A stretch of DNA of 64,000 bases from Vicinamibacterales bacterium (GCA_965262925.1 CBDHGC010000004.1:2385112-2449111); one strand, 5' to 3'; counted from the first letter of the stretch, positions 34,063 through 44,615 are shown. Program-made: numbers and translations. Notes: a model not told the origin generated them from the letters alone.

Positions 34063-35846
34063 TGTTCGGCGGAAAACCCGCAAGTCATTGATGCTATAGG
34101 GTGTACCGCCTATTTTTAGTGGCGAAGATCGTCCAGATATCGTATTCTTTGCAGGTGATCTCCCAAGGATCGACCCATTTCGGGACCATCTTCGCGACAT
34201 TGCCATCATGAGAGAAGTTCACAGATCGCAGTTCCAGCTCGGGCAGGTGGCCGTCGAGAAGGTCTGGATCAACCCGAAGTCGCGGGATGACATCCCGGCG
34301 GTGTTGAAGGGGCTTCAGCACATCTGGTGCGACGAGGCGTTGCGTGCGCGGCTGTTTGTGCTGCTGGACGAGCACATCCTGCCGGAGGCCGACCGCACAG
34401 TCGGGCGTCCGGGGATGGACCTGTGGCAGATTCTGGTACTGGGAGTACTGAAGCAGGGACTGGGCTGCGACTTCGACCGTCTTCACGACCTGACGAACCA
34501 TCATCAGACGATACGTGCGTTCCTGGGACACGGCGATTTCGATGACAAGACGCGTTACGAGTACCAAACGGTGGTCGACAACGTGTCCTTGTTGACGCCG
34601 GAGCTGTTGTCGGCGGTCGGGCGGCTGGTGGTGGAGAGCGGACACAAGGTAGCAAAAAAAAAGCTTGGCGAGCCATTACGCGGGCGGTGTGACTCGTTCG
34701 TCGTCGAGACGGACGTGCACTATCCGACGGATGTCAGCCTGCTGTGGGACGCCGTGCGTTGCCTGCTGCGGGAGACGGGGCTGACGGCTGAGCAATACGC
34801 GGTGCGCGGCTGGCGTCAGTGGCGCCATCTGTCACGGGAGGTCAAGAAACTGTTCAACAAGGTGCGCTCGACGAGGCGGGCGCAGCGGCATCCGGAGCGG
34901 GTGGCGGCGTATGTGGAGCGCTGCCGGGCGCTGGTGGAGCGCGCAGAGGCAACGCTCGACGGGTTGCGGGGCCAGGGCGTGGGGGAATTGCGCTGTCGCT
35001 CCATCACAGGCCTCGTGGCTCACGCCCGGCGGCAGATTGACCAAGTGGAGCGGCGTCTTCTGCGTGGCGAGACGATTCCTCACGAGGAGAAGGTCTTTTC
35101 CATTTTCGAGGAACACACGCGTTGGGTTTCCAAAGGCAAGGCGGGCACGCCGGTCGAACTCGGGGTTCCTGTCGCCATTATCGAAGACCAGTATGGATTC
35201 ATCCTTCACCACGAGGTCCTGTGGGAGGGTGAGGATGTGGACGTGGCAGTGTCGATGGTGCAGGAAGCGCAGGCACTGTATCCGGCGTTGCGGGCGTGCA
35301 GTTTCGACCGGGGCTTTCATAGCCGCGACAATCGGGTCCGCCTCGATGCGCTGCTCGACGTCAATGCGTTGCCGGGGAGAGGGTATCTTTCAAGAGCCGA
35401 CCGGGAACGGGAAGAGGAGGAGTCGTTTGTTGCCGCGCGGCGTGCGCATCCGGCGATCGAGTCTGCCATCAATGGGTTGGAGCATCGGGGACTCGACCGA
35501 GTTCGCAGCCATGGTGCGGACGGCTTCGCGCGTACGGTTGCCTTGTCGGTGCTGGCGGCCAACCTGCATCGCATCGGGTTGATCCTGCAGAAGCGGGAAC
35601 GCAAACGACAACGACTCGTCGCCTGACCAACCAACCGGCCCTGATAACCAAGCTGGATTCCGAGCCGGCAAGAGACGGCACGGTCCTCCTGTCCTTGGAA
35701 ACAGGACATTCGGGCTGATTTGCTGCCCTTCGCTATCCCGCAGCTCGTCAGGCGCCTCCGTCGCCGCCGGTTCGTGCCGAAATCACGCCCAGGATGCCAC
35801 GAATTGGCGCAAATCTCAGCCCGAAACGAGGGTTTTCTGGCTGACA
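34063..35846 (+). mobile_element. ISNCY/IS5-like insertion sequence flanked by CTAG
   Basis: Ends TGTTCGGCGGAAAACCC (34063-) and GGGTTTTCTGGCTGACA (-35846) are imperfect inverted repeats. CTAG lies immediately outside both ends (34059-34062 and 35847-35850). Confidence 0.7.
34208..35626 (+). CDS. DDE transposase (ISNCY-type)
   Basis: MREVHRSQFQLGQVAVEKVWINPKSRDDIPAVLKGLQHIWCDEALR…GRPGMDLWQILVLGVLKQGL…VETDVHYPTD…AGTPVELGVPVAIIEDQYGFILHH…CSFDRGFHS…SAINGLEHRGLDRV. This motif order is typical of ISNCY-family transposases, judged from memory of the family. Confidence 0.8.
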   Translation: MREVHRSQFQLGQVAVEKVWINPKSRDDIPAVLKGLQHIWCDEALRARLFVLLDEHILPEADRTVGRPGMDLWQILVLGVLKQGLGCDFDRLHDLTNHHQTIRAFLGHGDFDDKTRYEYQTVVDNVSLLTPELLSAVGRLVVESGHKVAKKKLGEPLRGRCDSFVVETDVHYPTDVSLLWDAVRCLLRETGLTAEQYAVRGWRQWRHLSREVKKLFNKVRSTRRAQRHPERVAAYVERCRALVERAEATLDGLRGQGVGELRCRSITGLVAHARRQIDQVERRLLRGETIPHEEKVFSIFEEHTRWVSKGKAGTPVELGVPVAIIEDQYGFILHHEVLWEGEDVDVAVSMVQEAQALYPALRACSFDRGFHSRDNRVRLDALLDVNALPGRGYLSRADREREEEESFVAARRAHPAIESAINGLEHRGLDRVRSHGADGFARTVALSVLAANLHRIGLILQKRERKRQRLVA

Positions 35847-36083
35847 CTAGCTATCGACTAGCTCGATGCACGCGTTGGTTAGCGTGAGGTTCGGGTGCCG
35901 CTCCTCATCGTCCTGCTCTATTAGCTCCTCGATCTGTTCGAGCGCTCGGCTGGTCCTTGCGCCGATCCCTTCGTTCGTAGCCATGTTGTAGACCGCGAAC
36001 GCCAGCACTGGAAATTCCCCCTTGCGCCGGTCACGATCGCAGTGATCGCACCGTCCTGTGCTTTGCGTACGTTTTAATTTCAC
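35847..36083 (-). CDS. hypothetical small protein
   Basis: Track ORF only (MKLKRTQSTGRCDHCDRDRRKGEFPVLAFAVYNMATNEGIGARTSRALEQIEELIEQDDEERH…). Lower GC content. The stop abuts the IS target CTAG. Confidence 0.3.
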   Translation of the reverse strand: MKLKRTQSTGRCDHCDRDRRKGEFPVLAFAVYNMATNEGIGARTSRALEQIEELIEQDDEERHPNLTLTNACIELVDS

Positions 36084-36183
36084 CTTGCCTCAATGATGCC
36101 CTGTTGCGTTCTGCGTACGCGGGGTGCGTTGTTCTAGTTGGTCCAGCGTCGTCAGAAAGTTGGCCTACTGGTGAGGCTGTCGA

Positions 36184-36199
36184 CCGCAACGCGTTGCGG
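36184..36199. repeat. REP-like palindrome copy 7
   Basis: CCGCAACGCGTTGCGG, downstream of the autotransporter C stop. Confidence 0.85.
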
Positions 36200-36279
36200 T
36201 CCCGTCGGACCGGGCCCCGGCTGTCTGGTTTGCCGAGGCCCGGTCGTCGTTCGGTTGGCGCTGGGAGCGGGTGCCTCCC

Positions 36280-39200
36280 TTACCACTGCACGGTTGCGCG
36301 CCCGAGGACGCGCTGGTCGGTGCTTCCGCCCTGCTCCTGCATCTGGAACAGCGGGCTCTCGCGCCGTTCGGCGTCGACCCCGAGCTGCAGGTTCAGCTTC
36401 CCCTGCTCGAGCACTTGCATGCCGTAGCCGATCCGGTAGTCGCGGCCGTACTCGGACGTGCGCACGCCGGCCCGCGGCGTCCCGACGAATCGGCTGCCGA
36501 TCGGCATCCCGTAGCCGACTTCGGTGTCGAGACGCTGGCCACCGCCGTTCATCAAGGGGTCGTGGCTGATGCCGGCCATGCTCTCCCGGCCCCACAGCGC
36601 TTCGGCGCCGCTCATCGACTCGCCGCCCCAGGCGGGGGACACCCGTGCCGTGAAGCCGAGCGGGGTAGACGGCGTCGGGTTGTAGCTGACCGAGATCGAC
36701 ATGCCGCTCTCGGCGAACCCTTCGGCCTGGTGGACCAGGAGCCTGCGCACGCGGATGTCGACCGCAAGCCCCGTCACGCCGTCCGCGAGAACGAGGCCGG
36801 CCCCGAGGTCCATCCCGCGGCCGGTTTCGGCGTCACCGCCGTCCTGGCGTATCCCGATCTCGATGCTCGGCGTCAGCGCCATCCGGCTGGCGATCGTCAT
36901 GCTCTGCGAGCCCTCGAGCGCGGTGCGCAGCCGGCTCACTGCCGCGGTGGTCGAGTCGAGGTTGCCGCCCGGTCCGCTCGCGGCCTTCGTCCGTATTCCG
37001 ACCCATAGCGTGTCCGCCTTGAATGCGAGGCCGAAGCCTTCGCCGCCGCCGAGGATCTGGCCCCGGCCCCCGCCGGCCGCCATCGCCATCGACAGCCCGG
37101 TCTCGATCGGTGCTCCAGCGCCCGGGTTGAGCATCAGCCCGCCGGCGCCGTAGCCGGCAACCGTCCAGACGGTGATGCGGTCGCTGGCCTTGTACCCGAT
37201 CCAGGGGTAAAGGCCGGTCACCGCGGAGTTGACCTGTCCGCTGTCGACGCCGGCGTACCTTCCGAGCCCCCGGCTGTGCGACAGCGACACGCCGGTGACC
37301 ATCCGGCCCTTGGAGTAGTCCGCGCCGAACATCGAGGTTCGGACGTCGCCGTTGAGCGCGAGGGCGCCGTCCTGGCCGTAGAACTGGGATTGCGCGCTCC
37401 GGCTCCAGAAGGAGAGGATCCCGCCGCTCGACGTCGCGCGGTTGAGCGCGAAGCTCGAGCCTTGCAACAGCCGGTTGCTGTCGAGGCCCATGCTCATGCC
37501 CTGGTCGTAGGACTGGCCTGGGTGCAACCCCTGCATGCTCCCGCTCGGGTTCACTCCACCGCCGATGCCGTTCTGCGGTCCGAGGCTCGATGTCATGCCG
37601 CTGTTGCCGAACCGCGGGTCGTTCCCTCCTGCGGCCGTCATCTGCCGGCCCGGTTGGCCCTGCTGCTGCCCGTATCCACCGCCGAGCTGCTGCAGGAAGT
37701 CGAGCGCGAACTGCTGTCCCATCTCGCTGTTGATCTCGCGGCCGGCGACCCGGCCGTCGAATCCTGGTGCTCGTGGCGCGTTCACGCGCTCCTCGACCTG
37801 CTCGACGATGTGCACCGCGGCGGTGCGGCCGAACCGCGCGATCAGCGCCTTGGGCAATGCGTCGTGGTTCGTGATGGTGCCCGTGGCGCTTGAGTCGGTT
37901 AGGTCGCCGCTCGACGCGTTCGACAGCGTGAGCGTGAACGTCTCGCTGCCCTCGTTGTGCTCGTCGTCGATGACGCCGACCTCGATGCTGCCTGATGAGC
38001 TTCCTGCGTCGATCGTCAGCGTGTCGCTGCTCGACGTGTAGTCAGCGCCAGCCGTCGCGGTTCCGTCGCTCGTCGCGTAGTCGACCGTTATCTGGCTGCT
38101 GGCAGCGCGGCTGAGCGCCACTGCGAACACCAGCACCGCGTTGGCGCCCTCTTCCACCTCGGCGTCGGTAATCGAGATCCCGACTGGTCCGAGGATCGTG
38201 TCCGACGTCGAGTGGCTCAGCTTGCGTCCGTCGTCTGTGCAGATGGCGCCTGAGTTGCTGCAGTTGGTCGTTTCCGGCAGCGTGATGGTGACCGCGCCGT
38301 TGTCGTCCGGATCGACCGTTACGGTCCAGTACTGGTTGCTGCCTTGGGTCTTCCGCTCGGCCTTTCGGATGTCTGCCCCGTTCTCGTCGAACGCTTGGTC
38401 ACGGATCCGTGCGTAGCCGGCGCTGACGTTCTCGCTGAAGCTCAGATCGAAGGTGAACTCGCTGCCGTCGTGCTCGGCGGGTATGTTGCTGAAGCTCGCC
38501 GTCACTGGGACGGTCGATACGTCCGGCGGCCCGGCGACCGTGGTAGAGGGGCTGTTGCTCAGCTGTACCGGGTCCTCCTCCTTGCTGCAGATTGCGCCCG
38601 TCGTTCCGCAATCGCGGTTGCCCGGGAGCGTGACCGTGACGGCGTCGTTTCCCGACGGCGTGACGGTGATTTCCCAGCTGTCGTTCTGCCCGTTGTTGCG
38701 GCGGGCGCGGGTCACGTCGCCGTTCGTGACCGTGAATGCGTGGTCCCGCATCGCCGCGTAGCCGATTGCGATCTCGCTGTTGAAGACGGCGTCGAAGCTG
38801 AATGCCGTGCTGCCGTCGTGCTCGGGCGGCACGTTCTCGAAGCTGCCGGTCAGGACCTCTGTGTTGAGGATGGTGCCCGTTGCGGTTTCGTCGCCGAGGT
38901 CGGCGCCAATAGCGTCGTACAGCAATACGTCGAATGTCTCGCCGCTGTCGTTCGCGGTGTCGTCGATGATCGGAACGGAGATGATCTTGCTGGTCTCCCC
39001 GGGCTGGAACGTCAGGGTTCCGCCTTGGTCTTGGTAGTCCACGCCGGGTGTTGCCGATACGGTGAAGAGCGTGAGGTATTTGACGGTTATCGGCCTGCTC
39101 CAGCTCCTGCTCAGCGAGACGACGAAGTCCGCCGTCGCGTCGGTGCCCTCGGTCGCCGTGGCGTCGCTGATCGAGATCAGCACCTCGGGGTTGGCGTAGC

Positions 39201-39915
39201 CCTCGACCTGCATGCGCATCGAGGTGATCGAGTCGGTGTAATTGCTGTAGGCCGACCCTTCCGGCTTGGCCAGTCCCCCGTCGCCGATTGACCAGCCTGT
39301 CGCTCCGGTTTCGCTATGCCCGGTGGCGTCCACTCTCACTTGCGTTTTGCTCTCGCCTGCCCAGAGAAACACCCAGTACTGCGTGTTTGCGTCCAGGTGC
39401 ACCGAGTCTGCGTTGAACGGCGCAGGGCGCCCGTATTTCCTCACCGTGTACTTGTTCACCCCGATGTCGGGACCTTCGAAGGTGGCCCCGTTAATCGTCG
39501 GCGTTGCGATCTGGTCCCTGTGGTTGGGGCGTCCGTTTCCGTTGTCCCCATACACGTACACGTACACCGGCTCGTGCTCGCGGCTCCTCCCTGTCAGGAA
39601 GTTGATGGAGATCGATTCGAGCTGGTACCCGCTGGCGTTCGTCCCCGTCGTGAACGGCTGAGCGAAGTCGATCTCACCCAGCCTGTAACCACTGGTGAGA
39701 CTCGGGTCACTAAGGTTGGTCACCAGGACATCGGCCGCCGCCGGTCCGGCCCCGCCGATCAACGGGACGATCACGGCGATCGTCCTGATCAGCCTTGCGG
39801 TCCCTTCTGCCCGCTGGGTGGTCGTCGACCTCAGCTTCCCAATCCATCTGCGCCTGCGGTTCGCTGTGTGTCGCTCGCGGCTCGTGCCGCCCCGTTCGGT
39901 CATTCGTGCTTCCAT
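36280..39915 (-). CDS. type Va autotransporter with Calx-beta passenger (paralog C, 1211 aa)
   Basis: Same architecture as paralog A and near-identical from about residue 250 onward. The N-terminal ~190-aa head domain is clearly diverged (DVLVTNLSDPSLTSGYRLGEIDFAQPFTTGTNASGYQLESISINF… versus DVLVSNLGQIRTGIDESLAGQSYAMPFTTGTNGTGYILESISIDF…). Confidence 0.85.
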   Translation of the reverse strand: MEARMTERGGTSRERHTANRRRRWIGKLRSTTTQRAEGTARLIRTIAVIVPLIGGAGPAAADVLVTNLSDPSLTSGYRLGEIDFAQPFTTGTNASGYQLESISINFLTGRSREHEPVYVYVYGDNGNGRPNHRDQIATPTINGATFEGPDIGVNKYTVRKYGRPAPFNADSVHLDANTQYWVFLWAGESKTQVRVDATGHSETGATGWSIGDGGLAKPEGSAYSNYTDSITSMRMQVEGYANPEVLISISDATATEGTDATADFVVSLSRSWSRPITVKYLTLFTVSATPGVDYQDQGGTLTFQPGETSKIISVPIIDDTANDSGETFDVLLYDAIGADLGDETATGTILNTEVLTGSFENVPPEHDGSTAFSFDAVFNSEIAIGYAAMRDHAFTVTNGDVTRARRNNGQNDSWEITVTPSGNDAVTVTLPGNRDCGTTGAICSKEEDPVQLSNSPSTTVAGPPDVSTVPVTASFSNIPAEHDGSEFTFDLSFSENVSAGYARIRDQAFDENGADIRKAERKTQGSNQYWTVTVDPDDNGAVTITLPETTNCSNSGAICTDDGRKLSHSTSDTILGPVGISITDAEVEEGANAVLVFAVALSRAASSQITVDYATSDGTATAGADYTSSSDTLTIDAGSSSGSIEVGVIDDEHNEGSETFTLTLSNASSGDLTDSSATGTITNHDALPKALIARFGRTAAVHIVEQVEERVNAPRAPGFDGRVAGREINSEMGQQFALDFLQQLGGGYGQQQGQPGRQMTAAGGNDPRFGNSGMTSSLGPQNGIGGGVNPSGSMQGLHPGQSYDQGMSMGLDSNRLLQGSSFALNRATSSGGILSFWSRSAQSQFYGQDGALALNGDVRTSMFGADYSKGRMVTGVSLSHSRGLGRYAGVDSGQVNSAVTGLYPWIGYKASDRITVWTVAGYGAGGLMLNPGAGAPIETGLSMAMAAGGGRGQILGGGEGFGLAFKADTLWVGIRTKAASGPGGNLDSTTAAVSRLRTALEGSQSMTIASRMALTPSIEIGIRQDGGDAETGRGMDLGAGLVLADGVTGLAVDIRVRRLLVHQAEGFAESGMSISVSYNPTPSTPLGFTARVSPAWGGESMSGAEALWGRESMAGISHDPLMNGGGQRLDTEVGYGMPIGSRFVGTPRAGVRTSEYGRDYRIGYGMQVLEQGKLNLQLGVDAERRESPLFQMQEQGGSTDQRVLGRATVQW

Positions 39916-40167
39916 GTTGTTTCCTCCGTCCTGCGTCTGGTTGTTTCGACGGCCGGCGCGTGTAGCTTCGCCCCTCGTGGTTGGTTTCCTCTTTCCCGGC
40001 CCTGCGGTCGGGCTCGGTTTCGTGCTCTCTGCTGGGTCCCCCTCGTGTTTTTGGTTTCCTCCAGGTTCGGCGCCCTTTAGATGCGCCCCTCGTAGTTGCT
40101 CCTGTGTTCGACGGTCTTGTGCTCCGAAACCGTGTCGTGTCCTTTGCGCGGTGGGCGGATCGCTCCC

Positions 40168-41157
40168 TCATTCGGCTGTCTTTGCGTCGTTTTGGTCCCT
40201 GCGATCCCCGCTTGGTCTTCTGTTTCCACTGGGCGGCATGCCGCTCGTCGTCCCGATTTGTTCCTGGGCGGATTGCCCTTTGGCTTGGTGTAGGACCCAG
40301 TCCCGGAACGCTCGCACCTGGGGTTTCCGTATGGCTGCCGGCGCCGTGACCAGCACGTACCGGGCCGGCGCGGTGACCCGGGCGTCGAACAGTGAGACCA
40401 GCGTTCGTTGTTCGAGCTCCCGGGCGATCATCAGTGAGTGGCCGAGGGCGACGCCCATCCCGTCGACCGCGGCTTGAACCATCATGCTGTAGAGCCGGAA
40501 ACCCGACGCCTGCGACAGGTCCGCGTCCTTGGCGCCCTGGTGCGCGAACCAGTGTGACCAATAGGTTTTCCAGTGCAGGTCGTACAGCAGCGGCCAGCCG
40601 TGCAGGTCCGCCGGCTCCCGGGGCTGTCCCTGCACCTTCAGGAACGCCGGGCTGCACACCGGGAGCAGCGTCTCCTCGAACAGCGTCTCGACGTGCAGTG
40701 TCTCGGCGACCCGGTCGGTGAAGGCGATCCAGACGTCGAAGTCCCGCCGCTCCGGGTCGACCTCGCGGTGGTCGGTCTCGAACTCTATGGAGATGTCCGG
40801 GTGGGCGGCCCTGAAGTCGGCGAGCCGCGGCATCAGCCACTTCTCGGCCACGACCTCGACCGCGACGAGTTTCAGATGCGTCGCGTTGGCGTGCTCGCGG
40901 TGCTGTTCGGTCGCGGTGCTCAGCTCCGCAAAGATCCGTTGGATCTCCCCGGCGTACTCTCGGCCGCGTACGTTCAGCCGCACGCCGCGGGCGTGGCGCG
41001 AGAACAGCTGGGCGCCGATGTGCGTCTCCAGCGCCTGGACGCGGTGCGAGATTGTCGCCGCCGTCACGCCAAGCTCTTCTCCGGCCCGGACGAAGCTGTC
41101 GTGTCGGGCGGCCGCCTCGAAGGCACGTATGGATTCAAGGGGAGGCAGCTCGGGCAT
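40168..41157 (-). CDS. LysR-family transcriptional regulator (copy 2)
   Basis: Differs from copy 1 at only a few residues (for example GEELGVTAATISHRVQALETHIGAQLF). ATG at 41157. The longer track ORF is trimmed as for copy 1. Confidence 0.85.
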   Translation of the reverse strand: MPELPPLESIRAFEAAARHDSFVRAGEELGVTAATISHRVQALETHIGAQLFSRHARGVRLNVRGREYAGEIQRIFAELSTATEQHREHANATHLKLVAVEVVAEKWLMPRLADFRAAHPDISIEFETDHREVDPERRDFDVWIAFTDRVAETLHVETLFEETLLPVCSPAFLKVQGQPREPADLHGWPLLYDLHWKTYWSHWFAHQGAKDADLSQASGFRLYSMMVQAAVDGMGVALGHSLMIARELEQRTLVSLFDARVTAPARYVLVTAPAAIRKPQVRAFRDWVLHQAKGQSAQEQIGTTSGMPPSGNRRPSGDRRDQNDAKTAE

Positions 41158-41696
41158 CCGTTCTCCTCGCTGAACAGCGTTGTCGGGTTCCGGCCGTGAG
41201 GGGTGGCGCCGTTGGCGCCAGACGCTTGGCGGTTCTCGGACGTGTTTCTGCTGACATGCCGCTGAACGTGTGCGTGCCGCTGGCAGGCCATCGTGAACGT
41301 CTGAAGCTGTGGGGGCATTATCCGAGTGACCCGCGTCCTCTCGCAACCACATATATTCGTAGTCTCAGACCACAAACGTCCGTGGGCTGCTGCGTTCTAC
41401 TTGTTACTTCGAAGCTACTCTCGTCTCGGGATCGGGCACACCGGGAGCTTCCTGCTGCGCTGAGTTCGTTGGGTCCGACGAAGTGGTGGCAGGCGAGTTT
41501 CGTCTTCCGCCTGCGTTGGCTTGGGTGTTCCGGGGCTGGCGGTGTTGGCGATGTCGACCGCGTCCAGGGTTCTCGTGATCCGCGACCGCGGATTCTCTCT
41601 CAACGGCGTTGCGTTGTACGTCGGCGTTGACGACCACACGGCCGCGAAGGCGCTGCGCTGGTTTCGCTCGCGCTGACCGCGGGCTGGCGCTGTCGA

Positions 41697-41712
41697 TCGC
41701 AACGCGTTGCGG
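41697..41712. repeat. REP-like palindrome copy 8
   Basis: TCGCAACGCGTTGCGG (15/16), preceded by a diverged copy of the HTH-fragment tail (…VGVDDHTAAKALRWFRSR*, 41560-41675). Confidence 0.75.
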
Positions 41713-42094
41713 TGATCCTGGAAGGGGCCCTGGCTGTGCCTTGGTCCGCAGGCACTTGGTGCTCGTTGCGCTAGTCCTGGGTGCCGATACCCACGCTCAG
41801 TTCTCGCATGTTGCTGGCTTGTACGGCCGCAGCTTTGGTAGCACGCGCCGGGTGGCGTCGCACGCGTTGGTCCACTGTTGGAGCCCGTTGCCGAGCACCG
41901 CCGCTAGGACTGCCAGGATCAGGTGCATCGGTTGTCGCCTTTCGGGCGTCCTTTCCGCCTTGTTCCCGTTGGGGACTCGGGCGGACCACCCGCGGCCTCG
42001 CGTGGGCCTGCAATGTGCCGCGCAGGTGTGTTCGAGGTTGCGCGCGTGGCCCGCTCCTGTGCCGGTTCTGCGGCTCGTGTCGGCGTCTCGTGCG

Positions 42095-42778
42095 CTACTT
42101 CGTCCAGCTGTCGATGATCGCCTGGCCTTCGGCGAATGCGGCCAATACTAGATCCCTTCGAACCGTTCGTTGCTCGGCGTGGTGCTCGAACTCCTCGGCG
42201 GCCGACAGTCTCTGTTCCTCGAACCGCCTTGGCGTGATGTACTGCGTTCGCATCGATCGCACGTTTACGCGGTTCAGTGCCGCCCAGGCGTCTTCGGTCG
42301 TGTCGGCGTTGTCGAGGATCTCCGTGAGCGCTTGTTCGTCGACGGACGCGAGTCGTGTCCGCAGGTCCATCGCTGTGGCGTCGAACGCCTCCGGCGTGAG
42401 CATTCCTGCCGTTTCGACGATTTGCGCGTGGATTGCCCGCATGCTTCTGTTGTCGCTTTCGCAGGCTTGTGCGAGGTTTCCAACATCTGCACTTGGTCCT
42501 CGCATTTCGACGAACTGTTCGTGTGTCCGCAGTGCTTCGGTCTCTCGTGTCACACCGGGCCAGAACCAGATCTTGTTCTCGAAGGGTTTGCAGTCCACGC
42601 CTTCGAGTCGTCCTTCGTACTCCTCGGCGATCGCGAGCGTTTGCTCGTGCATGTCCTCGTACCACCCCTCGGCGGTGTCGATGACGTCCCCGGCCCGGTC
42701 GTGCGCGGATCCGCCGCACGCGGTCATGACGCTGAGCGCCACCATCGTCAGAATCGTCAGCAGTGTCTTCGTTCTCAT
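42095..42778 (-). CDS. putative lipoprotein
   Basis: Internal ATG at 42778. MRTKTLLTILTMVALSVMTACGGSAHD is a signal peptide plus lipobox-like Cys. The rest is an acidic helical protein. The upstream part of the 381-aa track ORF is rejected. Confidence 0.6.
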   Translation of the reverse strand: MRTKTLLTILTMVALSVMTACGGSAHDRAGDVIDTAEGWYEDMHEQTLAIAEEYEGRLEGVDCKPFENKIWFWPGVTRETEALRTHEQFVEMRGPSADVGNLAQACESDNRSMRAIHAQIVETAGMLTPEAFDATAMDLRTRLASVDEQALTEILDNADTTEDAWAALNRVNVRSMRTQYITPRRFEEQRLSAAEEFEHHAEQRTVRRDLVLAAFAEGQAIIDSWTK

Positions 42779-43132
42779 CTTTCGCGTCTCCCTTGGCCGC
42801 CGTACGCGGCCCGTCTCGTGCCCCGTCTTCTCTGCTCCGACGCGGGTCGGTGCCCCCAGCTCCGCTCCAGGTACTCGTCGTGATTCGCTGGCTTCCTGGG
42901 ATACGCCATGTCCTGGCGCAAAATGGTGGCCCGAGCACGCCTCTGTGGTTGGGTCGGCCATCATCCTCTTGAGCTGATGGGGCTTGAGCCCCCCGTCCAG
43001 CGTCTCCGGCATTATCTGCACCCGGCCTGTGGGGTCGCAACGCCATATATCTGTGGCCTCAGACATCATTCCTCTGGGGCCACGCAACTTGGTCCAGTTG
43101 ATCGCGGGTTGGCTTGTTGCTGACGCTCTCGA

Positions 43133-43148
43133 CCGCAACGCGTTGCGG
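43133..43148. repeat. REP-like palindrome copy 9
   Basis: CCGCAACGCGTTGCGG within the ~100-nt repeat shared with 32588-32690. Confidence 0.85.
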
Positions 43149-43256
43149 TTTTTGTCGCGCCTTGCGCTGGCCCGACTTCCTCCGGCGCCCGGTCGTGGTG
43201 GGTTACTCGTGGCAGCCCGCGTGTCCCGCTCCTGCTGCATGGCGGCCTGGGTGTCG

Positions 43257-44615
43257 CTACCGCTCGACGCCGGCGGCGTCGAGAATCGCGTTGCAGGCGT
43301 CCTTGACGGCGTTACCGAACCGCCGCGTCCGCCCGGAGTAGAGGACGACGGCGGGCTGTCCCTCCATCATTGTGTACACCGTCACTTGGTTCCTCGCTCG
43401 TGCGCCCAGGACGATCATTTCACCGATCGTTTGCCAGGCGTCCGTTTCCGGGTCATTCGACTGCGGGAGTCTCCGCGCAGGCTGCACGCCAATGTAAACG
43501 CCGACCTGGGCCAAGTGGGGGTCCGCCACTACCTGTAGGTGGCCCGTCGTGCATTCGCGCCGGTCGTACGCGTCCGCCAGCGTGTTGCCCGAATGGGGGC
43601 CGGGTTCGATGAAGACGCGGATTGGGAACCGTATCGCCGAGTCCTCCGCAGGCAGGCTTGCGGAGGGGAGAACGCGGAGGTCACCCTCGATGTACGCACC
43701 TCGTACGTACGATCCCGCCCACACCGTGTAGTTGCCCGGTTCCGGGTTATTGAGGAGGATCATCGGGTCCGTGCCGTCGCCACTGTCGTCGTCGCAGAAC
43801 CAGCGCCCGTCCGGTGTTCGGACGGTGAGCGTCGTGTCGTTGGTGTTTGCGCCGGTCTCGGTGGCTGTGAACCCGAATCCGAGAGACCCCGCGCCCCCTG
43901 TCCATCGGATGCGGTAGTCGGGCCTCCTGGAGACCCATCCTCGGCATCCGTCGATCACGTCCGCGACGTCGATCGGTCCCCCGGCGATTCCGACCGCCGT
44001 CTGGCCTTCCGGTCTGCGGCCCGCTTCGACGACCAGCGTTCCGTAATTCGCTTCGGCGAATGTGTCTAGGAACGAGGGGTCGGTGCTTCGGAGATCCGTT
44101 TCGAGTCCCCCGTCGATGGCTTTTACCAGCGCGTCCAGCGTGATTATCACCGCGAGACGGCCGCCGGTGGTCTCGGTCGCGGCCGCCGAGGGGATTCCCA
44201 CCATCTCCCCGTTGTTGTTCACGGCCAGTCCGCCGCTATTGCCGGGCGCGATTTCGGCGTCCGTCTGGTAAGCGACCGACGCCGTCTCGCCGCCTAGCGA
44301 TCCCCGGCGGACGGTGGTTATGCCGCCCTCGGTGAACGTCAGGAATCCGCCGCCGATCCCCGGGTACCCCAGTAGGCCCACGTAGTCGCCCCGTCGGAGA
44401 GGTGACTCCGCCCACACCGCGTGTGGCAGGTCCAGGTTCTCGGCGACTAGCGGTTCTCCGTCCGCCCATCGATCGATTGCAAGGAAGGCGATGTCGACCT
44501 CCTGCGAAAATCCGCCCAGGCGTGCGCGGTACTCCGGCACCGGGCGTTCGTTGATGTCTTGGAGCACCGCGATCCGCCAATCGTCGGAGTTCTCAACGAC
44601 ATGCCTGTTTGTCAC
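43257..44615 (-). CDS. trypsin-like (S1) serine protease, N-terminally truncated, with large C-terminal extension
   Basis: Begins directly at the catalytic-His motif (M)TNRHVV with stops (TAA TAG TGA) just upstream. Asp region DIAFLAI. Ser motif GNSGGLAVNNNGEMVGI. No signal peptide, so the 5' end is probably lost. Confidence 0.65.
   Translation of the reverse strand: MTNRHVVENSDDWRIAVLQDINERPVPEYRARLGGFSQEVDIAFLAIDRWADGEPLVAENLDLPHAVWAESPLRRGDYVGLLGYPGIGGGFLTFTEGGITTVRRGSLGGETASVAYQTDAEIAPGNSGGLAVNNNGEMVGIPSAAATETTGGRLAVIITLDALVKAIDGGLETDLRSTDPSFLDTFAEANYGTLVVEAGRRPEGQTAVGIAGGPIDVADVIDGCRGWVSRRPDYRIRWTGGAGSLGFGFTATETGANTNDTTLTVRTPDGRWFCDDDSGDGTDPMILLNNPEPGNYTVWAGSYVRGAYIEGDLRVLPSASLPAEDSAIRFPIRVFIEPGPHSGNTLADAYDRRECTTGHLQVVADPHLAQVGVYIGVQPARRLPQSNDPETDAWQTIGEMIVLGARARNQVTVYTMMEGQPAVVLYSGRTRRFGNAVKDACNAILDAAGVER

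Noticed and set aside
16069-39915. Possibility that head-domain variation in the autotransporters is driven by a diversity-generating retroelement or a shufflon
   Set aside because: No reverse transcriptase, template repeat or invertase gene with matching inverted repeats is visible in the window. The only recombinase-like pieces next to the genes are HTH tails without catalytic domains.
41781-42977. 398-aa plus ORF and 375-aa minus ORF (41919-43046)
   Set aside because: Both overlap the lipoprotein gene (42095-42778, minus), which has a clean signal peptide and lipobox and better codon bias. Their translations are Ser/Arg/Cys-rich noise.
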